Shown here: piece by piece, positions 51,501 to 60,386 of the stretch
Numbering within the stretch: the stretch's first letter is position 1
Layout of the letters: each line of letters starts with the position of its first letter
Assembly: GCA_002633005.1 (NCBI GenBank)
Contig: NMRA01000862.1
Span: 52,895-116,894, forward strand
Length of the DNA stretch: 64,000 nucleotides
Direction of reading: 5' to 3'
DNA from: Phoronis australis
Lineage: Eukaryota > Animalia > Phoronida
Translations under genes and position numbers: made by a program
The notes under the pieces: generated by a model
The model's input: only the letters and a program-made list of their open reading frames with translations
Database searches by the model: none
What the model was told of the DNA's origin: nothing

Positions 51501-54500
51501 CTCGTAGGACATTGAAAATCCATTGAAGTCTTAATATTTTAATGTTTCAGACAAAGATGAGTGTACAGATGGATCAGCAAAGTGTGATGCAAACGCTGTG
51601 TGTACTAACACGCAAGGATCCTTCAGATGTGATTGTAAGACTGGTTATTCAGGAGATGGGAAAACTTGCACAGGTTTGTCAGTACAACATCAACGTCATA
51701 ATATTGAGTTGCTTTCAATGTTAATGTCATTCCTTATACTGCAAAATATACATTTATGAGTATGTAAAGCCATGCATTTATGTAACACTCACTCACAAGG
51801 TTTCTTTTGAGAACAGACTACAACCGGCAAAAAATGCTGTATAAGGCTCCTGATATAAGGTCAGCATTCGGACCACACAGTACTTGCCCTAGGCCATTTG
51901 AGGTGGCCTTCACGGGCAATGTTTCCGAACGATCACTTACGCTATTTTTATCTGATTTAGCCAAGACAATGCCAATTCTCAAGTCTCCCGTGCGACACAC
52001 TGCACTACTCGGGATTTTCTATTTAACATTTTGCTTCGACTAGCTAAACAGTACATTTACAAGGAGAGATGTCACAAAAATATACCAATTTTTCACAAGT
52101 TCGTTACAAAAACTTATGAGTACTATAATGCTGAAAAATTAATGGCATATAAAAACTTTCTGTATCACAGCTTCTATGCGAAATGGTAAAATTTTATTGT
52201 TCACGTTAACTACACGTACATGTAGAAGATATTTTCTTGAAACAAGATACGAGAATGCTCTTCCTGAGGTCTGCATGCGTGAATGAATGATGTACTTATT
52301 TGTTTATATGTTAATGTAATTGTTTGTAAATGTTAATAAATACATAAAAGAGAAACAAAAAAAGATTCATCGTTTCTCTTACATGTCGCTCGGAACACAA
52401 CTTTACGCAGATCTCGGAGGACATTAAAAATCCGTTGAGTATCTCATTTTTAAGGTTTCAGACAATAACGAATGTACAGATGGAACAGCAAACTGTCATC
52501 CAAACGCTTAGTATACTAAAACGCAAGGACCCTTCACGTGTGACCTATGTATCGGTCCGTATTCTATTTCAATGCACTTTGGGACGAAAGCGGACAAGAT
52601 ATTGAATTCCAAGTTAGGTGATTCTGCAACAAGAACGCAATATTCTTCGTTCCCCCTACTTGTCCTTCTAGAATAAAAGTTTACGCAGTTCTCGTAGGAC
52701 ATTGCAAATCCATTGAAGCCTAATTTTTAATGTTTCAGACAAAGATGAGTGTACAGATGGATCAGCAAAATGTCATGCAAACGCTTCGTGTACTAACAAG
52801 CAAGGATCCTTCAGATGTGATTGTAAGACTGGTTATTCAGGAGATGGGAAAACTTGTACAGGTTTGTCAATACAGCTTCAGCATCGTAATCTAGATTTGG
52901 TTTAAATGTTAATGTCATTCCTTATACTACAAGTTATACATTTATGAATATGTAAATCCATGCATTTGTGTAACACTCACTGACAAGGTTTCTTTTGAGA
53001 ACAAACTACAAGCGGCAGAAAATGCTGCATAAGGCTCCTGATATAAGGCCAGCCTTCAGACCACACAGTACATGCCCTGGGCCATTTGAGGTGGCCTTCA
53101 TGGGCAATGTTTCTGAATGATCATTTACGCTATTTTTATCTCATTTAGCAAAGACAATGCCAATTCTCAAGTCTCCCGTGCGACACAATGCACTTATCGG
53201 GAACACACACACATTGTCCAAGCAGGGGGTGACAAAGTTTCAAAACAATTTATTCGAGCCACGCAAGAATATGGATTTGTCGTTCTACATAACCTAATAT
53301 TGCCATATGGATTGCCCTGTTTTGTATGTAAAAACTGTCGTCTTCATACATGTCAATGAGAACTCATCACTCAATCGCACTTAACGTTTTGGCTATTTTC
53401 CACCAAGGAGCTAAACGTTTTCTCCACTCGCCTTCTTGGCGATGCAGTTACACACAAGGCAGGTAATTTTGGATCTCAAAATATGTTTTTCTCTCAAACG
53501 GTCCATAAAACACGACATTGCTTTCTGTATCGGTCCGTATGCACTTTGGAGCGAAAGACAACAAGATAATGAATTTCAAGTTGCGTGATTTTGCAACAAG
53601 GAATCAAGATTCATCGTTTCTCTTACATGTTGCTCGGAACACAACTTTACACAGATGTCGGAGGACATTACAAATCCGTTGAGTGTATCATTTTCAAGGT
53701 TTCAGACAATAACGAGTGTACAGATGGATCAGCAAACTGTCATCCAAACGCGTAGTGTACTAACACGCAAGGATCCTTCACGTGTGACCTATGTATCGGT
53801 CCGTATTGTATTTCAATGCACTTTGGGACGAAATCAGACAAGATATTGAATTCCAAGTTAGGTGATTCTGCAACAAGAACGCAAGATTCTTCGTTCCCAC
53901 TATATGTCCTTCTTGAACAAAAGTTTACGCAGTTCTCGTAGGACATTGCAAATCCATTGAAGTCTAATTCTTAATGTTTCAGACAAAGATGAGTGTACAG
54001 ATGGATCAGCAAAGTGTGATGCAAACGCTGTGTGTACTAACACGCAAGGATCCTTCAGATGTGATTGTAAGACTGGTTATTCAGGAGATGGGAAAACTTG
54101 TACAGGTTAGTCAATACAGCTTCAGCGTCATAATCTAGATTTGGTTTAAATATTAATGTCATTCCTTATACTGCAAGTTATACATTTATGAATATGTAAA
54201 TCCATGCATTTGTGTAACACTCACTGACAAGGTTTCTTTTGAGAACAAACTACAAGCGGCAGAAAATGCTGCATAAGGCTCCTGATATAAGGCCAGCCTT
54301 CAGACCACACAGTACATGCCCTGGGCCATTTGAGGTGGCCTTCATGGGCAATGTTTCTGAATGATCATTTACGCTATTTTTATCTCATTTAGCAAAGACA
54401 ATGCCAATTTTCAAGTCTCCCGTGCGACACAATGCACTTCTCGGGAACACACACACACATTGTCCAAGCAGGGGGTGACAAAGTTTCAAAACAATGTATT

Positions 54501-56189
54501 CGAACCACGCAAGAATATGGATTTGTCGTTCTACATAACCTAATATTGCCATATGGATTGCCCTGTTTTGTATGTAAAAACTGTCGTCTTCATACATGTC
54601 AATGAGAACTCATCACTCAATCGCACTTAACATTTTGGCTATTTTCCACCAAGGAGCTAAACGTTTTCTCCAATCGCCTTCTTGGCGATGCAGTTACACA
54701 CAAGGCAGGTTATTTTGGATCTCAAAATAATTTTTTCCTCAAACAGTCCATACAACACGACATTGCTTTCTGTATCGGTCCGTATGCACTTTGGAGCGAA
54801 AGACAACAAGATGCTGAATTTCAAGTTGCGTGATTTTGCAACAAGGAACCAAGATTCATCGTTTCACTTACATGTCGCTCGGAATACAACTTTACGCAAA
54901 TGTCGGAGGACATTAGAAATCCGTTGAGTGTATCATTTTTACATGTAAGGTTTCAGACAATAACCAGTGTACAGATGGGTCAGCAAACTGTCATCCAAAC
55001 GCTTAGTATACTAACACGCAAGGATCCTTTACGTGTGACCTATGTATCGGTCTGTATTGTATTTCAATGCACTTTGGAACGAAAGCGAACAAGATATTGA
55101 ATTCCAAGTTAGGTGATTCTGCAACAAGAACGCAAGATTCTTCGTTCCCCCTACATGTCCTTCTGGAACAAATGTTTACGCAGTTCTCGTAGGACATTGA
55201 AAATCCATTGAAGTCTAATTTTTTAATGTTTCAGACAAAGATGAGTGTACAGATGGATCAGCAAAATGTCATGCAAACGCTGTGTGTACTAACACGCAAG
55301 GATCCTTCAGATGTGATTGTAACACTGGTTATTCAGGAGATGGGAAAACTTGTACAGGTTTGTCAATACAGCTTCAACGTCATCATCTCGAGTTGCTTTA
55401 AACGTCAATGCTATTCCTTATACGGCACAATGTACTTCATTTGAAAATTATTCTAAAAAACTACAGTCATGTATGATTTTGTGTTCTTTTCTAGCGTGAT
55501 TCAATAGCCCGAGCGCTTGTCTCATTTGGTCTAGAGGGTGTAGCGATATTCGTGCAAATGAGTCCTAAGCACCGGGAAAGACATTAAACATCCTCATACA
55601 AAAAACGTCTACCTTATTCCAACTTGCAACATTACGATGCTTTCTTTAAATTCAAAACGAGGGAAGATCCGGGGTCTTCTCGGGGCATATACTATTCATT
55701 GATACTTTAATACTATTTTACTATGACTGCGTTCCGTAAACTCAAGACACTACTGGCGAGGCAATTACTTACGGCGAAAAAGTCCTCTTAGCAACGTAAA
55801 CAGAGAACGTTGTTCCACCTCGCTCGTCGTTATGTGCATTTCGTCTAGTGGTGAGGCTAGCAGTCTTTCTTAATCCATTTGAAACAACTACTACATTGCT
55901 AAGTCTCTTGCAACGTCATTATTTCTGTTATGTTTCAGGAGACATCTTTGTTTTCAGTTTTTTAATACCCAGAGTCAATGAAGCATGTATCATCATACCA
56001 CACAAGTGTCAAACGAAAATACAGTTTCTGTTGTAAAGCTCGTTATAAACTTATTTAATGTTGTAGACATAGATGAATGCACAACTGGGACTGCTAGCTG
56101 CCATAAAAACGCCAACTGCTTAAACACGGATGGATCCTACAGTTGTCGTTGCAAAAATGGATATTCCGGAGATGGAAAAAATTGTCAAG
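3351..56189 (+). CDS. Partial multi-exon gene: extracellular protein with 9 Sushi/CCP domains then 6 calcium-binding EGF domains (15 phase-1 exons, 2649 nt, about 883 aa; N- and C-termini outside the window)
   Basis: Every exon has AG/GT boundaries, a length divisible by 3, phase 1-1 and no stop codon, and encodes exactly one CCP or cbEGF module. The exons join in frame. Confidence 0.9.
4238..8800 (+). mobile_element. Decayed Kolobok-like element: TTAA+AGG terminus, THAP remnant, possible antisense KolX-like remnant
   Basis: TTAA-AGGAAAAGTCACCC at 4238. THAP-like VICIVPAY...[20 protein letters not shown]...RVC(fs)SGLHF at 4413-4605. Minus strand 8342-8800 gives ERHFCNEM...CIT and FIH...[14 protein letters not shown]. 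The right terminus was not found. Confidence 0.45.
4976..5116. mobile_element. Small MITE, PIF/Harbinger-like
   Basis: Inverted repeats TTCAGTAACGcTAGGACCT and AGGTCCTAcCGTTACTGAA (18/19 match), with CAG on both flanks as a candidate 3-bp TSD. Confidence 0.55.
14698..14907 (+). CDS. Exon: Sushi/CCP domain 2
   Basis: ttttcag|AT ... G|gtaatt; 210 nt; [70 protein letters not shown]. The ORF track reports this region in another frame. Confidence 0.92.
16118..17900 (+). mobile_element. Gypsy (Gmr1-like) LTR retrotransposon remnant: LTR, PBS and decayed gag
   Basis: Candidate LTR TGTCACGA(16118)...TCTTGATA(16793); PBS-like TGGCG at 16796. Gag motifs [47 protein letters not shown] and SCAN-like [15 protein letters not shown], plus a degenerate knuckle [13 protein letters not shown]. 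Frameshifts and stops throughout. Confidence 0.85.
18581..18763 (+). CDS. Exon: Sushi/CCP domain 3
   Basis: ctgcag|AT ... G|gtgagg; 183 nt; [61 protein letters not shown]. Confidence 0.93.
19620..20720 (-). mobile_element. Polinton/Maverick (adintovirus-like) protein-primed DNA polymerase B fragment, decayed
   Basis: Collinear minus-strand motifs: [21 protein letters not shown]; [23 protein letters not shown]; [26 protein letters not shown]; [12 protein letters not shown]; [15 protein letters not shown]; [12 protein letters not shown]; LFKD(fs)[11 protein letters not shown]. Confidence 0.85.
24027..24221 (+). CDS. Exon: Sushi/CCP domain 4 (two extra Cys)
   Basis: tttcag|TA ... G|gtgagg; 195 nt; [65 protein letters not shown]. 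Confidence 0.9.
25550..26318. mobile_element. Penelope-like element insertion with inverted 3' ends and a 14-bp TSD
   Basis: Minus-strand GIY-YIG C-terminus ([40 protein letters not shown]) at 25733-26007. An N at 26008 is followed by a plus-strand copy of the same 3' end from 26009. TCATCAATTCCCAA is repeated at 25536-25549 and 26319-26332. Confidence 0.92.
26152..26202 (+). ncRNA. Minimal type I hammerhead ribozyme (U3/A8 core variant) in the PLE 3' repeat
   Basis: tttg-TTGATAA-A-ggaag-ttgtta-cctcc-GAA-AATT-T-caaa: stem I tttg/caaa, stem II with 4 of 5 pairs, palindromic AATT stem III. An identical copy lies on the minus strand at 25586-25636. Confidence 0.65.
28515..28672. mobile_element. 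Short hAT-like MITE
   Basis: Termini CAGTGGCGGATTTAG and CTGGATCCGCACCT, with G-run and C-run subterminal motifs; no clear TSD. Confidence 0.5.
29505..29768 (+). CDS. Exon: Sushi/CCP domain 5 (long insertions)
   Basis: tttcag|AC ... A|gtaagt; 264 nt; [88 protein letters not shown]. Confidence 0.9.
29899..30015 (+). mobile_element. tRNA-derived SINE head remnant
   Basis: A-box-like CAGCGTGGTCTTGTG and B-box-like GGGTTTGAGTCCC, followed by a CORE-like CCCTTGAGTCAGG. Confidence 0.45.
32510..35640. mobile_element. Non-autonomous Tc1/mariner (pogo-like) element
   Basis: Perfect 22-bp TIR CCGGGGTTTTCCGTAGATAAGC at 32510-32531 and 35619-35640, flanked by TA at 32508 and 35641. Confidence 0.9.
33064..34830 (+). 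mobile_element. Helentron/HINE-like non-autonomous element nested in the Tc1/mariner element
   Basis: AACTAG start; hairpin TTATTGTCACG-G-CGTGACAATAA (33075-33097) recurring near 34615; three internal repeat copies (first two ~345 bp apart) with TGACCTTTGACC motifs; (AAG/AAT) microsatellite at 34565-34600; ~56-bp terminal repeat with a CTGCGC...GCGCAG hairpin. Confidence 0.6.
36032..36271 (+). CDS. Exon: atypical Sushi/CCP-like domain 6 (6 Cys)
   Basis: catag|TT ... G|gtaagt; 240 nt; [80 protein letters not shown]. Confidence 0.85.
36503..38908 (-). mobile_element. hAT transposon deletion derivative with a transposase remnant and 5-bp TSD
   Basis: TIRs CAGTAGCGGATCCA and TAGATCCGCCACTG (12/14), with GGCGT on both flanks. 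Minus strand 37580-37885 reads [56 protein letters not shown], similar to THAP12/ZMYM-type hAT transposases. Confidence 0.8.
40413..40619 (+). CDS. Exon: Sushi/CCP domain 7
   Basis: ctttcag|AA ... G|gttcgt; 207 nt; [69 protein letters not shown]. Confidence 0.88.
43240..43360 (+). repeat. Cluster of short degenerate repeats (TACCAARTGGGTA-like)
   Basis: About five copies, e.g. 43245, 43263, 43289, 43329. Confidence 0.5.
43956..44147 (+). CDS. Exon: Sushi/CCP domain 8
   Basis: ttgcag|CG ... G|gtagac; 192 nt; [64 protein letters not shown]. Confidence 0.93.
45536..45576. repeat. (CA)n microsatellite
   Basis: Read directly from the sequence. Confidence 0.97.
46277..46498 (+). CDS. Exon: Sushi/CCP domain 9
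   Basis: tttcag|CG ... G|gtattt; 222 nt; [74 protein letters not shown]. Confidence 0.93.
47951..48070 (+). CDS. Exon: calcium-binding EGF domain 1
   Basis: atgcag|AT ... G|gtgagg; 120 nt; [40 protein letters not shown]. Confidence 0.93.
48470..48597. repeat. Interrupted (GA)n microsatellite
   Basis: Read directly from the sequence. Confidence 0.97.
51551..51673 (+). CDS. Exon: calcium-binding EGF domain 2 (tandem unit 1)
   Basis: tttcag|AC ... G|gtttgt; 123 nt; [41 protein letters not shown]. Confidence 0.9.
52015..52361 (+). mobile_element. 5'-truncated L1/Tx1-like LINE 3' fragment
   Basis: Present in only one tandem unit. It reads [40 protein letters not shown] across frameshifts, and ends with AATAAA and an A-rich tail. 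Confidence 0.65.
52462..52544 (+). pseudogene. Truncated EGF pseudo-exon, copy 1
   Basis: Acceptor gtttcag followed by [30 protein letters not shown] at 52509; the 3' third and the donor are missing. Confidence 0.85.
52739..52861 (+). CDS. Exon: calcium-binding EGF domain 3 (tandem unit 2)
   Basis: 123 nt; [41 protein letters not shown]; AG/GT intact. Confidence 0.88.
53706..53788 (+). pseudogene. Truncated EGF pseudo-exon, copy 2
   Basis: [27 protein letters not shown]; TAG at 53753; no donor. Confidence 0.85.
53983..54105 (+). CDS. Exon: calcium-binding EGF domain 4 (tandem unit 3)
   Basis: 123 nt; [41 protein letters not shown]; donor gttagt. Confidence 0.88.
54957..55039 (+). pseudogene. 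Truncated EGF pseudo-exon, copy 3
   Basis: [27 protein letters not shown]; TAG at 55004; no donor. Confidence 0.85.
55235..55357 (+). CDS. Exon: calcium-binding EGF domain 5 (tandem unit 4)
   Basis: 123 nt; [41 protein letters not shown]; AG/GT intact. Confidence 0.88.
56067..56189 (+). CDS. Exon: calcium-binding EGF domain 6
   Basis: ttgtag|AC ... G|gtttgt; 123 nt; [41 protein letters not shown]. Confidence 0.93.
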
Positions 56190-56378
56190 GTTTGTACTTA
56201 CATGTAAACATGGCGGTATCTGCCAGCGTTGTCGTCAGCTAGGAGTCCATCTTCATCGTGGGTTTCGACCAAGGAGTGTAGTAGTATAGGAGAGTTCACT
56301 TGTGAGTTCGCTGTTACCGCTACTACTAGCGCCGCCAAGTGGTGAACAAGCTACGGTCAACCAGGAAGCGCCAAAACA

Positions 56379-56476
56379 ATGGGGACGGACGCATTTTGCA
56401 GTGCGATAAATTGCATGAATTGATCCACGAAAACCCCACACGTGTCATTTTGTAGGTTTCCTAAGGATCCAGAAAG
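56379..56476 (+). mobile_element. THAP-domain first exon of a transposase, inactivated
   Basis: MGTDAFCSAINCMN*STKTPHVSFCRFPKDPER followed by AG|GTAAG; the sequence is cut by the N at 56513. Confidence 0.7.
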
Positions 56477-56873
56477 GTAAGGATTATCTGTTATTCAATA
56501 ATATGATACATTNTTCCGGAGATGGAAAAAATTGTCAAGGTTTGTACTTACATGTAAACATGGCGGTATCGGCCAGCGTTGTCGTCAGCTAGGAGTCCAT
56601 CTTCATCGTGGGTTTCGACCTTGACCTAGCATGCGCGCACCGAGCCTTCAATATGGGGGGCTCAGATTCCTGACCTTGTGCACCATTTGGTAAGAAAAAA
56701 GCGGCCGGACTAAAACAAAAAGAGAAAACGGGGACCCCTGTGAATTACGCGTTTGTGCTTGTTTAGTGGACTTTTGTGTCATATTCTCTGAATTTTTGTT
56801 TCTCAGGGGCGGTCTTTCTTGCCCACTTCGCCAAATGCGTAGCTCCTTCGGGCCCCCCGAGCCCCCCCCCCCA

Positions 56874-57165
56874 TACCCAGTAGCTTCGTCATCAGTCACA
56901 CGCATACATGTAAACCCTCGACATCCAACTTCTATGGGAAGACAGAAGCATTTCCATCCATTTGTTGCACATTGCATGCCTAGAATCCTCTCTGATGGTA
57001 GGTCTCTGAAGGCTGACCAGACCTCCAGCCGACGCTGGGGTTGCCATTTTTCTCGCGTTGTAACCACAACCACACGGTTGCTTCCTCCGCCGCTCTTATT
57101 GCAGACCTGAACATATCAGCTCGACCTCTTGATGAAATACTCAGTAGCTTCGTTATCAGTCACAT
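56874..57165 (-). mobile_element. HERO-like LINE C-terminus/3' end plus an adjacent partial duplicate
   Basis: 57165-57040 reads LITKLLSISSRGRADMFRSAIRAAEEATVWLWLQRE; 56975-56874 reads CATNGWKCFCLPIEVGCRGF. Confidence 0.8.
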
Positions 57166-60100
57166 CAGGAAGAGATAACCAGGAAGGGACAACTAATTTA
57201 GCGCATTTTAACGTGTTTTCAAAGGTGATTTCAAAAGAAAATGTTAAAGTCGTCTGGAATCCAAGCATTGTATTTGAAAGCTTAACTCTTTAGCTATTAA
57301 ATGACACCACTTTGGTCCCCAAAGAATGCATATTAATGGCACTAGGATGCTTTGAGCATGACTTGTTTTACACTTCCAAAAGATGCCTCTTCCCAGGCAT
57401 GTACACGGGCATGATCCTCTTTTTTGAACCAACAGATGTCACTAATATATGCAAATGAGGCTAGCATCTCCTACGTCATATAACGTCATACGATGCGAGT
57501 TTCCAATTTGAACCCTCAGGTGCCTATAGTGAATGACTTGAAACGCACTGAGTTCTACCTGATTGGGTAGATCTTAGAAAATTAGAACATTGAATGGTTT
57601 CACATGAAAATACATTTAATTGTATTTGGATACGCTTGTATGTGTGTATGCGTGGACCTCGTCATTTTGCTTGAATCCAGATTTAGAAGCAGGTGTTATT
57701 TTGTCAAGAAATGAGCTGCTCCCGCCACGGTGACCGGTGTCGTGGCGTCGCCGGGAAGTCTGATCCATGCATGCGCAATTCGACGAACTAGTGCTAGTCG
57801 CTGGTCAGCTCCTCTGATTCGTTTGAGACGTGCGGCGTAACTCGAACCTATACCCGTGTTCTGGCTCCAAGGTCGTTTTTTTTACCCAGTTTCGTGAAAC
57901 GTTCATTTTAATACGGTCATTTCCTGAAGATTTTTTGAAAGGTATGATCCCGAAATCCTTGGCCTATAGAGCTGTAGCAAAATTCCTTGTTGAAACACGG
58001 CCACTTGTCCAGCTTCTGCCGGGGGGCTGAGGAAAATGAACGCGTGTCCCAAAAATGCACACACTTCAACCCCTGCAGTTCAAGTTCTTTTCCCGTCAAT
58101 CACTGTGCGCGGATTCTACGCGGGCAGCTTACTGCAGGACTACACCTTATTTTTAACGTGGGTGCGTCACTGAGTCACGACGTGTCCAGCCTATGCAGTA
58201 TGCACGGGAATGGCAAGCAAACGATTCGGTTTAGAAGAACCTAAATTCACTGCACAGTTCTACTGGAAACTACAAGCATCAAGGAAGTGCAAAGACAATC
58301 TTTCCAAATTTATGAGTATTGACTTGAACTTCTTTTCGATCTACAGTTTGTAAATTTTTGAATTTCATTAGTCTAGTTTTTAATTCAATAAAGCATTTAG
58401 AACTGCCCGACATTCATGAATATCACTGTTATTGTTTAGTGTCCTTCTTTGCGATATGGTGGTCTGATGATGGATCGAATTGTTGCAAGTCAACCTTCAG
58501 CCTTCAACTAAGTTCAGTGACGCATCGCCATTTCTTACAAGACAGCTTCTTCTGTGCTGTGCACGAATGTTTTGTGTTTTTGATGAATTTGGAATCTCAA
58601 CTTACCCTCGTGAGTAGTTGGCAGTGTCATGTCGGAGGTGTATTGAGGGCGCAGCACTAAAAAAAGTGGGGGCTAAACCCTCCTCAGCCCCCTTGTAGTG
58701 CACCGCCTATGGACCACTGAAAAACCTGGACTGAATTAATACGCTCCGCAAAACTTTTGCTTTACAAATTTTCTCGACTTTTCGAAATACATGTATGAAT
58801 GATTAAGTGCACATTTTCAAAGGCGCGTAGACGACCTGTGCTGCAAAAACGGAGACCCTAACAACAATTGTCCTGGCCAGGGCCCTCAAATGGTAAACCA
58901 TACACTGATACCGAGTTGTCAAGTCTTGAATTTTCTCTCTGATCAGTATTCGAAGTCTTCTTTTTTGTCTTTCCCCAGCCCCACACCTTTGTCGGTTGCC
59001 ATGGTTTGACCCTGAGGCATGCAATTCTTTTGGGGTGGCACTCGCCCTCCCCCCGCTTACTAAGGTCCTGATGCAAGGAGTCCATCGCTGGTCCAAGGTC
59101 AATGATGTGTTTCAACACGCACTCGTTGTATAGCTTGAGCATTAAATTAAAGGTTTAAGAAATACAGTAGCAGTTTTGGGCATTGAATTGTGCGTGTAAA
59201 AGGGTTTATGGATTCGTACTGAATTTGTTGCTGCAACTTGTCTCACGGGCCTGTATCCGGCACGTGACCACAAATGTGGACACTAATTCGGCTATTGCGC
59301 AAGTCGACTGTAGCAAGGTGGCCAGTGAAAATGTAAGGCAGTGACAACTCGGATTTCTAGTCTCTTATTATGAAAACCATTGAAGGCAATTATCAGCACC
59401 TGCAAACAAGATTTTTGAAGTATGGAGAATTTCAACAGGAGTTAGTTGCCATACCTAGTAGCGAAGCTGCCAACATTCCAGCCAGGGTTACTTCCGGTCC
59501 TTCGAAGCAATTATAGCACATATATACGAATTTTTAAGAATGGCAAGGGTGCGTTTTGTGTTGACGGAAATGTCCATGGCGTCAAGGAATTTGAGGCATT
59601 TAATGATTAACAACTGTTGTGGCTTAATTTGGAAAAACACCTAGCAAAACTAACTTCCAAGTATGCATACTGTGGCGGAATTAACCCACGGCCATTCTTT
59701 ATGCCGATAGCAATGTATTCGTCTACTGAAGAACAGGAATCATAGACATCCCGCGCGCTCCGTCTATGGTTCTGACACTTCAAACTTTTGTCAACACGAT
59801 AGGTATAGCCGCAGAAAGTTCGATGTTGACCTCATTCTAATCTCTGCAATCCACTGTCAGGGAACGAAAACAATTCAAAGTCCGCTCCTCGAAATACAGT
59901 AGGGCTTGCTTCGCTGGAATTCAGAACTGCGGTCATGATAGTGTTTTCACCTCCTGATTACGAAGCGATCGAGTGGTACCTTCATCAGCGCGTGCTCTCA
60001 GCGGGAGGTCACCACTTTATCCACTCAAGCGCTCGACCAACAACTGACGAGAGTCTCAGATCTCCCACATGCAAATTTGACATGCAAATGAGGGAGTACT

Positions 60101-60386
60101 TGACTACTGCTCCATCTATACATCGACGGAAAAGCTTAAATACCCGTGACTGCGTGTGGGAAGTTGCGATTGCGTGCGCTGAAGTCGACATTTTCAGAGT
60201 ACAATTACACCACTGTTTAAAGTTGCAAAGTGAGGTTTTTGATATCCTTCTATAAAAATAGCTTGAATCTCTCTGATAAAATCACCTGTTTCCTTTTAAA
60301 CGAAACTTAAGTCCTGAAATTAGACCGGGGAAGGAGGCCAAAAACGGCGGTTTAGCTAGTTGTCCCTTCCTGGTTATCTCTTCCTG
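57166..60386. mobile_element. 3221-bp non-autonomous TIR element with a 7-bp TSD (possibly P superfamily)
   Basis: Perfect 30-bp TIR CAGGAAGAGATAACCAGGAAGGGACAACTA at 57166-57195 and 60357-60386; GTCACAT at 57159-57165 and 60387-60393. Confidence 0.92.

Larger units (their letters stand above)
50760..55440 (+). repeat. Tandem segmental repeat, ~1.2 kb unit (intron plus EGF exon) x4
   Basis: Exon starts are spaced 1188, 1244 and 1252 bp apart. Intron sequence is visibly near-identical between units, e.g. 52862-53700 versus 54106-54950. Confidence 0.95.

Noticed and set aside
51542-55444. ORF-track peptides [12 protein letters not shown]... and MSYENCVNF...
   Set aside because: They are wrong-frame or antisense readings of the EGF exons and their duplicated introns.
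56514-56539. Apparent additional EGF exon end with a donor site
   Set aside because: It directly follows an N and duplicates 56164-56189, so it is most likely the other haplotype.
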